From Acholeplasma laidlawii PG-8A (lineage in GTDB: Bacteria > Bacillota_I > Bacilli_A > Acholeplasmatales > Acholeplasmataceae), in contig NC_010163.1 of NCBI RefSeq assembly GCF_000018785.1, positions 810,001 through 842,000 of the forward strand: 32,000 nt of DNA, in the 5' to 3' direction. Both the position numbers and the translations under genes were made by a program. This document shows, one piece after another, positions 17,360-28,412 of the stretch. The notes beneath the pieces are model-generated. The model was not told where the DNA came from and ran no database searches. It saw only the letters and a list, made by a program, of their open reading frames with translations. Each line of letters opens with the position of its first letter. Positions within the stretch are counted from its first letter, which is position 1.

Positions 17360-19084
17360 TTATATATGAATTTGTGAAGAATATGTAATTAAGTGAGCAA
17401 ACAAACTTACATTTTGATTAAACATAATAGGCAGTGTAGATGTCCATGTTTCATATACGCTACTTTGATTTTCTACAGTTTCTACAAATAGATCAAGTAC
17501 AGTCACACCAGTAAATACAGCTGGTTTATCACGTAAGAACCATTTTGAACCAAATATATAGTCATTTAATGCTAATTTATAAGTACTTTGCATTTGGATA
17601 TCATTCATAGATAAACCCGTTCTAAAATATGCATTTTCACCACCGATTGCATCCCATAGTTCTTCACCTGTAACATCGATTAAAACAACTGTATTATCAA
17701 ACGGTGATATGGCATGAAGTTTTGCATAACTTAGGCTTTCACCATTACTAATGCTATCTCTTGTGCCACCGGTATTATGAAGCCCAACATCTGCACCAAA
17801 CTTTGATTGCATGAGTTTCCCAATATAATTTGATAATGAACTTCTTTCTATATTTTCACCAGAAATCATGATTGGGTCATATAGTCCTGAAATTTCATTA
17901 TAGAAGTTATCAATTTTAAATTTAATACTTGACTGTTCCACATTTAGTCTTTCTTCAGTGAACTGAGTTAAGTTTGCTTGAGTGAAGTTATAAACTCCTT
18001 GTTTTGAGTCATAATTCAGTGTAACGTGTCCTACATGTGATCCGTTTGCACCGGATTGCATAACAGGTACGTTATTAATTGTTCTTGTATAGTATCTATG
18101 GGTATGACCATTAAAGATAGCATCTACTTTATAGTCACCTTTGAGATTTGCAATAGAATTATTAAATCCATCATCATCCGCATGATTAATTACAACGACA
18201 ATATCTGCATCATCTTCTGTTCTTGCTTTATGAGCAAAATACATGACTCGTTCTACAGGATCAATAAACTTGTAGTCTTTAATTCTTGCATATGCAATAG
18301 AAGATTCTAAACCAAAGCCCACTGTACCAATCACTGCAACATTAATACCTGATTTTTCTATGATAGTATAAGGTTCGAAACCCTCTACCATCTCATTGGA
18401 TGATTTTTCATAAACGTTTGCACCAAGTAATGGAAAATTAGCTTGTAAATCGTTTTGGCCATTAAAATACTGTGTTAATACATCAACACCCCAATCGAAT
18501 TCATGGTTACCTGCAACAAATGCGTCTAACTCCATATCATTTAACAGTTCTATTGTTGAAGCACCATCATACCAATTGCTGATTAATTGTCCTTGTAAAA
18601 TATCTCCACCCGCTAAAAATAAGGTGGTATCTGGATTGTTATTTTTTTCATCCATAATTAAATTACCGATGCGGCTTAACCCAATTTGTTCTTCATTATT
18701 TAAAACAGCCCCATGAAAATCGTTTATATAAAAAATGTTTAAATCTAAATTTACAGTTGTTGATGTTGAAACCACACGGACATCCACTGTAATTGCTTTA
18801 TGATAATCTTCATAGTCTAGTTCGAATGTAACTTGGTATTCACCTTCAACTTCATAATTAACCAAACTGTCATCATAAGTCACAAAATGAATAAAAGTGA
18901 TGTTATTTATGTCTTTAGCTGTTACATATTCTAAATAAATTGGTCGTTCTTCACCAATAACATATTCAATATCATCAGCCACTTCAAAAATAATTGTATC
19001 CTCACCTGGTGAATCTCCAAGTGTTTGGCAACTAATTAATATAAGTACTAAACTTAATACAATGAAACTCATTATTTTTTTCAT
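17360..19084 (-). CDS. Lipoprotein, 5'-nucleotidase/2',3'-cyclic phosphodiesterase family
   Basis: Lipobox LILISCQ, metallophosphatase motifs YINDFHGAV, AGGDILQG, AGNHEFDWG, NGHTHRYY; C-terminal 5'-nucleotidase domain. Confidence 0.88.
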   Translation of the reverse strand: MKKIMSFIVLSLVLILISCQTLGDSPGEDTIIFEVADDIEYVIGEERPIYLEYVTAKDINNITFIHFVTYDDSLVNYEVEGEYQVTFELDYEDYHKAITVDVRVVSTSTTVNLDLNIFYINDFHGAVLNNEEQIGLSRIGNLIMDEKNNNPDTTLFLAGGDILQGQLISNWYDGASTIELLNDMELDAFVAGNHEFDWGVDVLTQYFNGQNDLQANFPLLGANVYEKSSNEMVEGFEPYTIIEKSGINVAVIGTVGFGLESSIAYARIKDYKFIDPVERVMYFAHKARTEDDADIVVVINHADDDGFNNSIANLKGDYKVDAIFNGHTHRYYTRTINNVPVMQSGANGSHVGHVTLNYDSKQGVYNFTQANLTQFTEERLNVEQSSIKFKIDNFYNEISGLYDPIMISGENIERSSLSNYIGKLMQSKFGADVGLHNTGGTRDSISNGESLSYAKLHAISPFDNTVVLIDVTGEELWDAIGGENAYFRTGLSMNDIQMQSTYKLALNDYIFGSKWFLRDKPAVFTGVTVLDLFVETVENQSSVYETWTSTLPIMFNQNVSLFAHLITYSSQIHI

Positions 19085-19203
19085 AAATGTCTACTTTCTT
19101 CATAATATCGTAAGCATATTATTATAACACTGATTTTGTGTATTTTAAAGTGAAAAAAAGATGCAAATCGTCTTAAGATTTGCATCTTTATGTTTGTATT
19201 GCA

Positions 19204-20724
19204 TTAATTATTTAGACCCCTTGACTTGACCATACGTTTTATACGATACATTTCAGTATCCGCTTGTCTTAAAAGATCATTAAGTGTTAATCCGTGGAGT
19301 GGATATTCAGATAAACCGATAGAAGCTTTAAGGTTAAACACTTTATTATCCAAGTATATTTGACTTTCTATGGCATCTATTATGTTATCGATTTTATGTT
19401 CTAGTGTATGTGAATTATTTTCTAAACTTAGAATAATGATAAACTCATCTCCAGCATAGCGTGCAACAAAATCTTCTTCGTGTATAGTTTTTAATAATCT
19501 TTTAGCCAGTTGATGTAACACCTCATCACCAACTGTATGACCATGGTTATCATTAATATGTTTAAAATTATCTAAATCTATACACATAAGTGCGAACCGT
19601 TTATTATCTGTAATTTTACTATCAATTAATCTAGACAAGTAACGTCTATTAGGTAATGTCGTTAAATCATCATAATATGCATAATCTGTTAGTTGTTCAT
19701 TCATTTGATGTAGATTAGATATATCCGTAAATGTAATAATAGAATGTTTTTGATCGACATAATTAATAACTGATATAGAAGTAAGTGTTCGTATGATACT
19801 TCCATCTGATTTAAGTATACTGTATTCCACATTATGATACGGGTTATTTGACTGCATCATGTGTTTGAACTCAGATAAATGACAAATTTCTTTAAACATT
19901 TTAAGATCACAAACCTGACTGCCAAGTAGTTCTTCTACCTTATAACCTAAAAAATCAGTAAACCGTGTATTGACATCTACTACTTTTTTATCTTCATCAA
20001 GCATCAACATTGAAACTGGTGAATGATGAAAACCACTGTTAATTTTCTTTATTTCAACACGTGCTCGAGTATAAATTAGATTAGATACAATAAACGTTAA
20101 GAGTATCTGTAGTAAGAAGGTAAAGATTACTGTGATTGCTTGATTATCTTTAAGTTCTAGATATGTAATTAGATCTTGAAGTGTCATCCACGAGTGTAGT
20201 ACTCTAAATAAGTAAAGTCCACTAAATAGTGTCATTGTTAATGTAAGTAAATGTGTTTTATCCTCAATAGCATCTCTTCTTAAATATACAGTAATAACCG
20301 CTCTAGCATACATATAGATTAAGACTGTATACAAGGTTACTATCTGAAAATTCAACTTTTCATCTATGTATAAAAAATAATTATAGATGATAAAAGATAC
20401 AGGTAAGATGACGTATAGATCGATTGGTTTTACATCTGATTTAGAAAATTTACTTATTGACCTACTAAAGACAAAAACACCACTTAATATCACAATACCA
20501 ATCATTGGGGTCAAATAAAATCTTAAAGTTTCATTTAGAAACCATATTAATGCAAAACGTACTGAAATAAGGACTTGACCATAGATAAAATGCCTCATCC
20601 CTCTATAAGGAATTCTTAATTTTGTATAAGAAAAATATAGACTTGCAGTAATTAAAAGCGACATTAAAAACGCAATCCAAATAATTAAATTAAAAACCAT
20701 ACTATCTCCCCTAGATGATTTCAT
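19204..20724 (-). CDS. Membrane PAS-GGDEF diguanylate cyclase-like protein
   Basis: N-terminal TM sensor, PAS (SPVSMLMLDEDKKVVDVNTRFTDFLGY), DDLTTLPNRRYL, DLDNFKHINDNHGHTVGDEVL, YAGDEF. Confidence 0.93.
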   Translation of the reverse strand: MKSSRGDSMVFNLIIWIAFLMSLLITASLYFSYTKLRIPYRGMRHFIYGQVLISVRFALIWFLNETLRFYLTPMIGIVILSGVFVFSRSISKFSKSDVKPIDLYVILPVSFIIYNYFLYIDEKLNFQIVTLYTVLIYMYARAVITVYLRRDAIEDKTHLLTLTMTLFSGLYLFRVLHSWMTLQDLITYLELKDNQAITVIFTFLLQILLTFIVSNLIYTRARVEIKKINSGFHHSPVSMLMLDEDKKVVDVNTRFTDFLGYKVEELLGSQVCDLKMFKEICHLSEFKHMMQSNNPYHNVEYSILKSDGSIIRTLTSISVINYVDQKHSIITFTDISNLHQMNEQLTDYAYYDDLTTLPNRRYLSRLIDSKITDNKRFALMCIDLDNFKHINDNHGHTVGDEVLHQLAKRLLKTIHEEDFVARYAGDEFIIILSLENNSHTLEHKIDNIIDAIESQIYLDNKVFNLKASIGLSEYPLHGLTLNDLLRQADTEMYRIKRMVKSRGLNN

Positions 20725-20828
20725 GTAACTATATTATATCAACATTATGAAAAAAGTGCGTAAAATGATATAAAAAGTGTACAAAAAAAGCAGTTTTTAT
20801 TCAAAACTGCTTCATTAAGGTCTTTTAG

Positions 20829-21806
20829 TTAAATCCAATCTCCATTAAAAATAGAGTTTTTAACAATTACATAGTCCACTTTTGTAATTGCCTCAATATC
20901 TTTACCACCTGCATAGGATATAGATGATTGTAAATCTTCTGTCATTTCTTTTAAGGTATCTTCAATTTTACCTTTGTAAGAAATTAAGATGCGCTTACCT
21001 TCAACATTGGTCTTTTCACCCTTTTGATACTCTGATGCGGAACCAAAATATTCTTTAAGTACTTGACCATCTGCTTCAATTGTTTGTCCAGGTGATTCTT
21101 CATGTCCTGCAAATAAAAAGCCAATCATAATCATGGATGCACCAAATCTAATAGATTTTGCAATGTCACCATGGGTACGAATGCCACCATCTGCGATCAT
21201 TGGTTTTCTAGCAACTTTACTGCAACGAGAAAGTGCTGCGAGTTGCCATCCACCTGTACCAAAACCGGTTTTGATTTTAGTGATACAAACCTTACCTGGA
21301 CCAACCCCTACTTTTGTAGCATCTGCGCCTGCATTTTCAAGCTCTCTTACAGCTTCAGGAGTTGCAACATTACCCGCAATTAAAAATGATGTAGGTAAAT
21401 GTTTTTTAATATGAGTAATCATGTCAATGACTAGTTGACTATGACCATGAGCTATATCTATTGTAATATAGTCAGGAACTAAATTAAGTCTTGAAAGTTC
21501 TTCAACAAAATCATATTCTTGTGGTTTCACACCAACAGAAATTGATGTATATAAGTTAAGTTCTTTCATCTTTATCATAAAAGGTATACGTGATGCTTCA
21601 TCAAATCGATGCATGATATAAAAATAATCATGACTTGCTAACCAGATTGCTAACTTTTCATCAATAATGGTTGCCATGTTTGCTGGAACCACCGGAAGAT
21701 TAAATCTTCTAGGTCCAAATTGAACAGATGTATCACATTCACTTCTAGATTTTACAATACTTTTAGAAGGAATAAGTTGAATATCTTCGTAGTCAAAAAC
21801 TTTCAT
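20829..21806 (-). CDS. guaC: GMP reductase
   Basis: [84 protein letters not shown]. Confidence 0.95.
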   Translation of the reverse strand: MKVFDYEDIQLIPSKSIVKSRSECDTSVQFGPRRFNLPVVPANMATIIDEKLAIWLASHDYFYIMHRFDEASRIPFMIKMKELNLYTSISVGVKPQEYDFVEELSRLNLVPDYITIDIAHGHSQLVIDMITHIKKHLPTSFLIAGNVATPEAVRELENAGADATKVGVGPGKVCITKIKTGFGTGGWQLAALSRCSKVARKPMIADGGIRTHGDIAKSIRFGASMIMIGFLFAGHEESPGQTIEADGQVLKEYFGSASEYQKGEKTNVEGKRILISYKGKIEDTLKEMTEDLQSSISYAGGKDIEAITKVDYVIVKNSIFNGDWI

Positions 21807-21873
21807 AAATACGCTCCTTAAATTTTATTGCCAACTCATATTATCATATTTTTAGGACAAACGCCTAATTTAG

Positions 21874-22581
21874 TTATTTAAATTCAATTATTGAATAAAG
21901 TGTTTCTGACTCATCAAAGAACTGTACTAAGAACCCTTCTTCAGTTTGATATAGTTTTAAAACCATTTTTTGAAATAATTGAAAATCTTTTTTATACTCA
22001 CAAACTAAAGTGCTAAATTGAAAATCTAGAGGAAGCATGTTATATGCAAAATCAACGTATACTGCATTATTTAGATGTTGATAGTAATCTAGATGAGATG
22101 GTAATACTACTTGATCAAAGGACTTAATAAAGACTAATTTTCTATTTAAACTAATCTTTCTGCCCATATAAGTCATCTCATGTTTTTTTCTATTACCAAG
22201 TGTTCTTAATACTTCATTACTTAATCTATGTGGTGCTTTACTGTCCATGTGTATAAATGAACCTAAACAATACGATTCTACTAATAAGTTACCCATAAGA
22301 TCATGTATTAAAGTATTACGATATCCTAAAAATTGTTTTGTTTCATAAGGATATGTTGTAAGTTCTAACATATCTTTATATTTTGGCCAATATTTAATAT
22401 GTACATAACGAAAATTTAAGACAATTGCAAATTTCTGTTCTCTACTTTCTTTTGCAAGTGCACTTAATGATTCAATATGTGCACCTTCCACATCTTGAAT
22501 CATATCAATAAGATCTGTGATTCTAACCCTATTGTTGTAACCAATTTCAGATGCTTGTATGATTCTTGTTTCTTTATACAT
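21874..22581 (-). CDS. Acyl-ACP thioesterase
   Basis: Double hotdog layout: NNRVRITDLIDMIQDVEGAH, WPKYKDMLELTTYP, LDYYQHLNNAVYVDFAYNML. Confidence 0.85.
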   Translation of the reverse strand: MYKETRIIQASEIGYNNRVRITDLIDMIQDVEGAHIESLSALAKESREQKFAIVLNFRYVHIKYWPKYKDMLELTTYPYETKQFLGYRNTLIHDLMGNLLVESYCLGSFIHMDSKAPHRLSNEVLRTLGNRKKHEMTYMGRKISLNRKLVFIKSFDQVVLPSHLDYYQHLNNAVYVDFAYNMLPLDFQFSTLVCEYKKDFQLFQKMVLKLYQTEEGFLVQFFDESETLYSIIEFK

Positions 22582-22686
22582 ATTTATTCATCCTCTCTAT
22601 TAATTTTGATGCTTTAAACTACAATCATTATACTATTTATATGATACAATAATTATAGTATAAATTTAGAATTAAATGGTGGAATT

Positions 22687-23061
22687 ATGAAACTTTTACT
22701 TAAACTTATTTTGAATCGCTTTATGCTTTCAATATTAATCATCTTCTTTTTTGCTTTAGACTATAAATTTGTAAGATTAAATCCTGTGGAACTTTATACA
22801 GTTAAACGACCACCTGAGACTACTCTAGCTGATAGTTACTATGTTATAGAATTTGGTGAGACTGATATATTTATTGAAATCACCTACTTAGATGGTAAAA
22901 TTCACTTAGTACCTAAAAGTGAATTATCTAATCCTTTAACTGAAGAAAATAAACCATTAATTGCTTGGTATTACTACGCTTTAGGTCTTGCTCTTGCAAA
23001 TACTATTCCATTTGGATGGTTTACTAAATCAAAAAAAGTATCTAAAAAACATAAAAAATAG
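22687..23061 (+). CDS. Hypothetical protein with N- and C-terminal TM segments
   Basis: ORF with upstream GGTGG; two hydrophobic stretches and a lysine-rich tail. Confidence 0.65.
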   Translation: MKLLLKLILNRFMLSILIIFFFALDYKFVRLNPVELYTVKRPPETTLADSYYVIEFGETDIFIEITYLDGKIHLVPKSELSNPLTEENKPLIAWYYYALGLALANTIPFGWFTKSKKVSKKHKK

Positions 23062-23165
23062 TTTATAAAGAGTGTTATTATGCATTTATGACACTTTTTT
23101 ATTTGGTTTTTATTAAAATAATAATAGACAAATGTATAAAAATACATTAAAGGAGGATTTATAGT

Positions 23166-23870
23166 ATGAAGGCATTATTAACGGCCTTAAAGAGTTTTGC
23201 AGTTTCAATTGGTGGTTTAATCGTAGTCATTTTTGCAGTCTTCTGGCATGCAGACATTCTAAATATTATAGAAAATATCGGAACATTTAACTTAGTAACA
23301 TTCGGTGTTTATCTTGGTATTATGATTTTAATGTTTGCTGTCATTTGGGCACAATCAAAATCTAATGCACTCTTATCACATGGTATTTTATTCTTTCTAT
23401 TTGCATCATCACTTAGTGGTTTTTTAGGCGATTTATTCAGTAATAATCCATCAAATGCATTTAGTGGAGATCAAATTGTAAGTGTACTTATTATGTTATA
23501 TACACTGGGTGTAGTTGTTGCCTATTTACTTTATGACAGACCAAAACCTGCTAAAGTTAATGAGCTTATCACACTACCGATGATTATCTTCTTTGCAGCA
23601 TATTATGTTGTATTTGGATTTAGTTCAACTCTGTTGGTATTCCTAATTGTACTTGTAGCATTTTTATTAGGTTCTGGTACAGTGGGTATTGCATACGCAA
23701 TGTATGCAATCACTTCATCCATTTTCTTAAGATTAAACAGCATATTTACATCATTTTCAAATAATTTAGATCAATCTGTTAATGTTTGGTTTACTACTAT
23801 GTTATTAATTGCAGCATTTGTATTCCTTATCATGAGTTTAGTTAAGAAGATACAAGCAAACGAAGCTTAA
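23166..23870 (+). CDS. Hypothetical multi-TM membrane protein
   Basis: ORF with AGGAGG RBS; about seven hydrophobic segments. Confidence 0.8.
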   Translation: MKALLTALKSFAVSIGGLIVVIFAVFWHADILNIIENIGTFNLVTFGVYLGIMILMFAVIWAQSKSNALLSHGILFFLFASSLSGFLGDLFSNNPSNAFSGDQIVSVLIMLYTLGVVVAYLLYDRPKPAKVNELITLPMIIFFAAYYVVFGFSSTLLVFLIVLVAFLLGSGTVGIAYAMYAITSSIFLRLNSIFTSFSNNLDQSVNVWFTTMLLIAAFVFLIMSLVKKIQANEA

Positions 23871-23888
23871 TTAAAGTCAATTCTTAAA

Positions 23889-23920
23889 GAAAACCATCAC
23901 TTTTAAAGGTGATGGTTTTT
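23889..23920. terminator. Bidirectional intrinsic terminator
   Basis: aaaaccatcac-...-gtgatggtttt perfect stem between convergent genes. Confidence 0.85.
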
Positions 23921-23923
23921 CAT

Positions 23924-24895
23924 TTACACTATGTTGTATGTGACTTGTTTTAAATCTTTAAGACTAGAAACGCCAAGAATCAACATGATTTTTTTAAGAT
24001 CTTCAATGAATTCCTCGACCTTTTTAACTGCGGCAGCAAATTCTAAATCCGTTAAGTCTAAGAACCATTTAGATAGTCCACAAGCTTTAGCACCCAAGAT
24101 GAGCGATTTAATAACATCTAGTGGATGACGTATACCACCTGATGCATATATTTCTAAATCTTTTTCATTTTTAAGATTGATTAAGGCTTGAGCAGTATCA
24201 ATTGAAAAATCATTTAAGTAACTATAGTCCTTAGCACTTCTAGTGGATTCGATATCAATAAATGATGTACCACCACTACCTGAAACATCAATATATTTTA
24301 CACCTAGTGTTTTTATCTTTTGGATTGTCTTTAGCGATAAACCTAGTCCAACTTGTTTAACAATAACCGGTTTATTCAAATGCTTAACGACAGATTCAAT
24401 GTGGTTAGACCACAATCTAAAATCTCTGTCACCTTCATTCATAACCAGTTCTTGAATCACATTTAAGTGAATTGATAAAGCATTAGCTTGGATTGTAGAA
24501 ACTGCTACTTGTGCTTGTTCTAGTGTCATATTAGGGTTTATATTACCGACTATAATGCCTTTATGATTATTTCTTATCACTTTAAATGAATCAATTGAAG
24601 ATGGATCTTTAAACATAATCGATTGACTTCCAGTCACCATCGGTAAATTAAAATGATCTGCAATCTTTGATAAAAATTCATTAATCTTATGTGCTTTTTC
24701 ACTACCGCCAGTCATTGCATTAATATAGAACGGATACGGAACCTTCATACCTAAAAATTCTGTAGATAAATCAATATCGTCCATAGATAAATCAGGTAAA
24801 TCTGTACCCTCTAAAAGTATCTTATCAAACATATTTGATTTTTTCTTGAATGACTTTGCAATATTAATATGATCGTCTTTTCTATTTTTACTCAT
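23924..24895 (-). CDS. fni: Type 2 isopentenyl-diphosphate delta-isomerase
   Basis: KNRKDDHINIA, PFYINAMTGGS, VKQVGLGLS, DVSGSGGTSFIDIE, YASGGIRHPLDVIKSLILGA. Confidence 0.95.
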   Translation of the reverse strand: MSKNRKDDHINIAKSFKKKSNMFDKILLEGTDLPDLSMDDIDLSTEFLGMKVPYPFYINAMTGGSEKAHKINEFLSKIADHFNLPMVTGSQSIMFKDPSSIDSFKVIRNNHKGIIVGNINPNMTLEQAQVAVSTIQANALSIHLNVIQELVMNEGDRDFRLWSNHIESVVKHLNKPVIVKQVGLGLSLKTIQKIKTLGVKYIDVSGSGGTSFIDIESTRSAKDYSYLNDFSIDTAQALINLKNEKDLEIYASGGIRHPLDVIKSLILGAKACGLSKWFLDLTDLEFAAAVKKVEEFIEDLKKIMLILGVSSLKDLKQVTYNIV

Positions 24896-25928
24896 CGTAA
24901 TCCCATACCTTTATGTCAAGTGCAATTAATCCATTTTTAATCCATGCATCTTGAAGCGTTCTTTTATCTGTTTCATTTTTTGTAAGTGCTATACCACAGT
25001 CTCCATACCCTGCACCACTAGTTTTAGCTGAATAGCCATAATCACTAGCAATTTGAATCATCTTTTTAAATGGTTCTGATTCAATAATAATACCTGCATT
25101 TTCTTCTAATTCATTCAGTTTTTGACGGTATAAATCAATCATGTACTTTATTGTATAATAATCTGACCTTATAAACGCTTCTTTAAATTGATTGACAATG
25201 ATTTTAGTTTTTGTTAAAAAGTTTGCATACCAATTACTCCCACTAAAATTTGTCATTTTATCAGTGTATGCTTTGGTAGATTGTGATACACCTGAAAAGC
25301 AGACAGCCAACTTGATAGATCCTTTTCGTAGTTTTTCTATTTTAAGCAGTGGCCAAGTCATCTCCATGACTTCTGAAATATGACCTTTTCTATTTAATAT
25401 CCAAATAAGATCATATCTTTGGTAAAATACCCAACCACCATAAATGGATGCAGCTAATTCTCCACCAGATGTAATATCAGAAATTTCTATTTGAGCTAGT
25501 ACACTTAATTTAAATAAGTCCAATTTTGAGATTTCAATACCATGGAAATTTAAAATACCCTTAATAACAGCGACTATAACGGCACCTGATGAACCTAAAC
25601 CATATTTAATGTTATCCTTGCTTGTAAGTTCGGAAAACAGTTGAATACTATAACTTTTAGGTGTGATATGTTTATATTTCATATATTTATGAGCAATGTA
25701 AACAGCGGCTTTTGCATGTGTTAATGTATCATAAACAAAGACAGGCAATTGATCTGATAACATCCATCTAAAATGCCCCATTTCAGATGAAAATTGGTAA
25801 TCAGAATCTTCTTTAACCCGAACGTGTATAAACTTATCAACAGCTACTATCACTGCTTCATTACCAGGTTTAATAACTGAATATTCCCCAATAATGAATA
25901 GTTTTCCAGGTATTTTTAGTGATATCAT
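24888..25928 (-). CDS. Phosphomevalonate kinase (GHMP family)
   Basis: IPGKLFIIGEYSVIKPGNEAV, YGLGSSGAVIVAV, SGAGYGDCGIAL; within the mevalonate operon. Confidence 0.93.
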   Translation of the reverse strand: MISLKIPGKLFIIGEYSVIKPGNEAVIVAVDKFIHVRVKEDSDYQFSSEMGHFRWMLSDQLPVFVYDTLTHAKAAVYIAHKYMKYKHITPKSYSIQLFSELTSKDNIKYGLGSSGAVIVAVIKGILNFHGIEISKLDLFKLSVLAQIEISDITSGGELAASIYGGWVFYQRYDLIWILNRKGHISEVMEMTWPLLKIEKLRKGSIKLAVCFSGVSQSTKAYTDKMTNFSGSNWYANFLTKTKIIVNQFKEAFIRSDYYTIKYMIDLYRQKLNELEENAGIIIESEPFKKMIQIASDYGYSAKTSGAGYGDCGIALTKNETDKRTLQDAWIKNGLIALDIKVWDYDE

Positions 25929-26872
25929 AAGGAACTTACCCCCATTCCTGTATAACTTACTATAACCTTAGATAATTTTTCATATCTAGCTTTTATGGTT
26001 TCTACATACTCTTTTTTTGTTAAAATTTTTACATTTGCACCTGCATCCATTGTGTAGTATACAGGTATACCTTCATTACGTATTTTTTCAGTTAAATCCA
26101 TGACTTTAAATGATTGATCTGTTAGATAAGAAACACCAGTTTCTTGGATAATATAATGCATTAAACTTGCGTGAGATTCTGCAATAGACCCCATCTTGTC
26201 AAAATCATTTTCTATTATGGCTTCTTTCATATCATTTAATGCATCTTGTGTGCTTAATATCCATAACTCTTTTAAGTCTGGATATTCGTTTAATCTGTTC
26301 ATTGCATCGGTACTATTAACTTTTTTAGGAGTTTCATCAATTAAGCATACAATTACTGCTAAATCATCCATGTGAGTTAAATGTTCTGCATAAGAAGACA
26401 TATGATCATGGCCTTCATGCCATAAAACTAGACCACCATAGATAGAACGTGATGCAGAGCCACTGCCTAATCTTGCGAGTGATGAAAGTTCTTTAGAATC
26501 TAAATTTAGTCCATATGCTTTAGTTGCAGCATATGCAAGTGCTGCAAATGCTGATGAAGAGGATGCTAATCCTGCTTTTTTAGGTACAAAGTTATAAGAG
26601 GTTATCTTTGCATAAAAAGGAATACTATATAACTTTCTTAATTTATCCATATATTTAGTGACTCTTAAATACTCTCCACCAGTTATGATTTCATCATCTA
26701 TGAGTAAAATATCCGCTGTAAGTGTTGGATCATATGTAACTGTGGTTTTTGTATAAAAGGCATCTAAAGTTAGACTTATAGAGGATGTTAGTGGTAAATT
26801 CCATTCTATGTCCTTTTTTCCCCAGTATTTAATAAGTGCTATATTTACGTTTGCTATTGCTGTGTGTGTCAT
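25925..26872 (-). CDS. mvaD: Diphosphomevalonate decarboxylase
   Basis: ANVNIALIKYWGKKD, PLTSSISLTL, KKAGLASSSSAFAALAYA, GSGSASRSIYGG, YYTMDAGANVK. Confidence 0.97.
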   Translation of the reverse strand: MTHTAIANVNIALIKYWGKKDIEWNLPLTSSISLTLDAFYTKTTVTYDPTLTADILLIDDEIITGGEYLRVTKYMDKLRKLYSIPFYAKITSYNFVPKKAGLASSSSAFAALAYAATKAYGLNLDSKELSSLARLGSGSASRSIYGGLVLWHEGHDHMSSYAEHLTHMDDLAVIVCLIDETPKKVNSTDAMNRLNEYPDLKELWILSTQDALNDMKEAIIENDFDKMGSIAESHASLMHYIIQETGVSYLTDQSFKVMDLTEKIRNEGIPVYYTMDAGANVKILTKKEYVETIKARYEKLSKVIVSYTGMGVSSL

Positions 26873-27825
26873 AATACGATTTCCTTTAAGTCATAAAGCC
26901 AAGTGTTTACTGCCCCTGCATTCTTTAGTGCATCTGCAATACGTATACCTTGATCTTCATTTTGTGCGAGTGCAATCATGCAACCACCCTTACCACCACC
27001 GGTAAGTTTAGCACCTAAAGCACCGTTTAATAGTGATACTTCTACTAATTTTTCAAGTAAGTCATCTGATACTTTAATACTTCTAAGCAACTGATGAGCC
27101 TCAGTCATAGCAAGACCAAGTCGAATAATTTCATTAGTCTCTAAATATGTTCTAACTTCATTTGTAAGTTCTTCTAATCTATCCATAATTGGAGATACAA
27201 TCGTTGGGTTATCCGTCCATAGTTGTTTTACTTCTTGTACTGCTTCTTTAGTTAAACCTTTTTTACCGGTATCAGCAACTACTATAACTGCATCCATTTT
27301 TAGTGGAATTAACGTCTTACCTAAATCCTTTTGATAAAATACAGCTTGTCCAAATGCAATCGTAATCGCGTCTAATCCAGATGGATTAACGTGATGTATT
27401 TGTTCGGCTACATCGACAAAATAATTTAGACGTTCTTGGCTTAATTCTACTTTGAAAGCATCAAAAAGCGATCTAACAATCGCTATCGAAACAGATGCGG
27501 ATGAACCTAAACCACGTTGTGGTGGTAATGAGGATTCAATTTGAATATGTATACCATGAAATGGTTGTTTTAAATATACTAAGACAATATATATAAGTTG
27601 TTTTATACCGTAAAGTGTGTCCGGAGCATCATCTAAATAACCTTTATGATAAAAAGAATCGATTGTAATTTTATCATTTGTTTTAAAGACTTTTGAGCTA
27701 ATTTGTGCTTGTTTAAAGGGTAGTGCAATTGCGGGTTTTCCATAAACTACTGAGTGTTCACCCATTAATATGATCTTTCCGCTTGCGACACCATGTCCAA
27801 AATCTATCATAAATTTATCGCTCAC
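26869..27825 (-). CDS. mvk: Mevalonate kinase
   Basis: GKIILMGEHSVVYGKPAIALPF, LPPQRGLGSSASVSIAIVRSLFD, KLTGGGKGGCMIAL. Confidence 0.96.
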   Translation of the reverse strand: MSDKFMIDFGHGVASGKIILMGEHSVVYGKPAIALPFKQAQISSKVFKTNDKITIDSFYHKGYLDDAPDTLYGIKQLIYIVLVYLKQPFHGIHIQIESSLPPQRGLGSSASVSIAIVRSLFDAFKVELSQERLNYFVDVAEQIHHVNPSGLDAITIAFGQAVFYQKDLGKTLIPLKMDAVIVVADTGKKGLTKEAVQEVKQLWTDNPTIVSPIMDRLEELTNEVRTYLETNEIIRLGLAMTEAHQLLRSIKVSDDLLEKLVEVSLLNGALGAKLTGGGKGGCMIALAQNEDQGIRIADALKNAGAVNTWLYDLKEIVL

Positions 27826-27892
27826 TTTCTATCTCCATTATATCATGATATGATAAAATGAAATTAATAATATTTGAAAGGACTCAAAAAAT

Positions 27893-28399
27893 ATGTCAGA
27901 AATTCTATTATCAATGGAGATTGAAGAATTTGGTACTTTAAAGGTAGAACTCTATCCAAATATCGCACCAAACACAGTCTCTAATTTTATGAACTATGTG
28001 AATAAAAACTTCTATGATGGTCTAATTTTCCATCGTATCATCAAAGGTTTTATGATTCAAGGAGGCGCAAATCCTAAAGCTAGAGAAATGCCAATTAAAG
28101 GTGAATTTGCATCTAACGGATTTAAAAATGATTTAAAACATGCGAGAGGTGTTTTATCTATGGCAAGAACAATGGATAAAAACTCTGCAACTTCACAATT
28201 CTTTATAATGCACCAAGATTCACCACACTTAGATGGTCAATATGCATCATTTGGTAAAGTTATTGAAGGGATTGAAATTGTTGATAAAATCGCTTCAGTT
28301 AAAACAGATGGTTATGATCAACCTTTAAAGGATGTCAAGATTAAACATATTACTGTATTAAAAAATGAGGCAAATTTAGAACCTGTAAAATACGTATAA
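27893..28399 (+). CDS. Peptidyl-prolyl cis-trans isomerase, cyclophilin type
   Basis: [59 protein letters not shown]. Confidence 0.96.
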
Positions 28400-28412
28400 A
28401 GAAGGTAAATTT

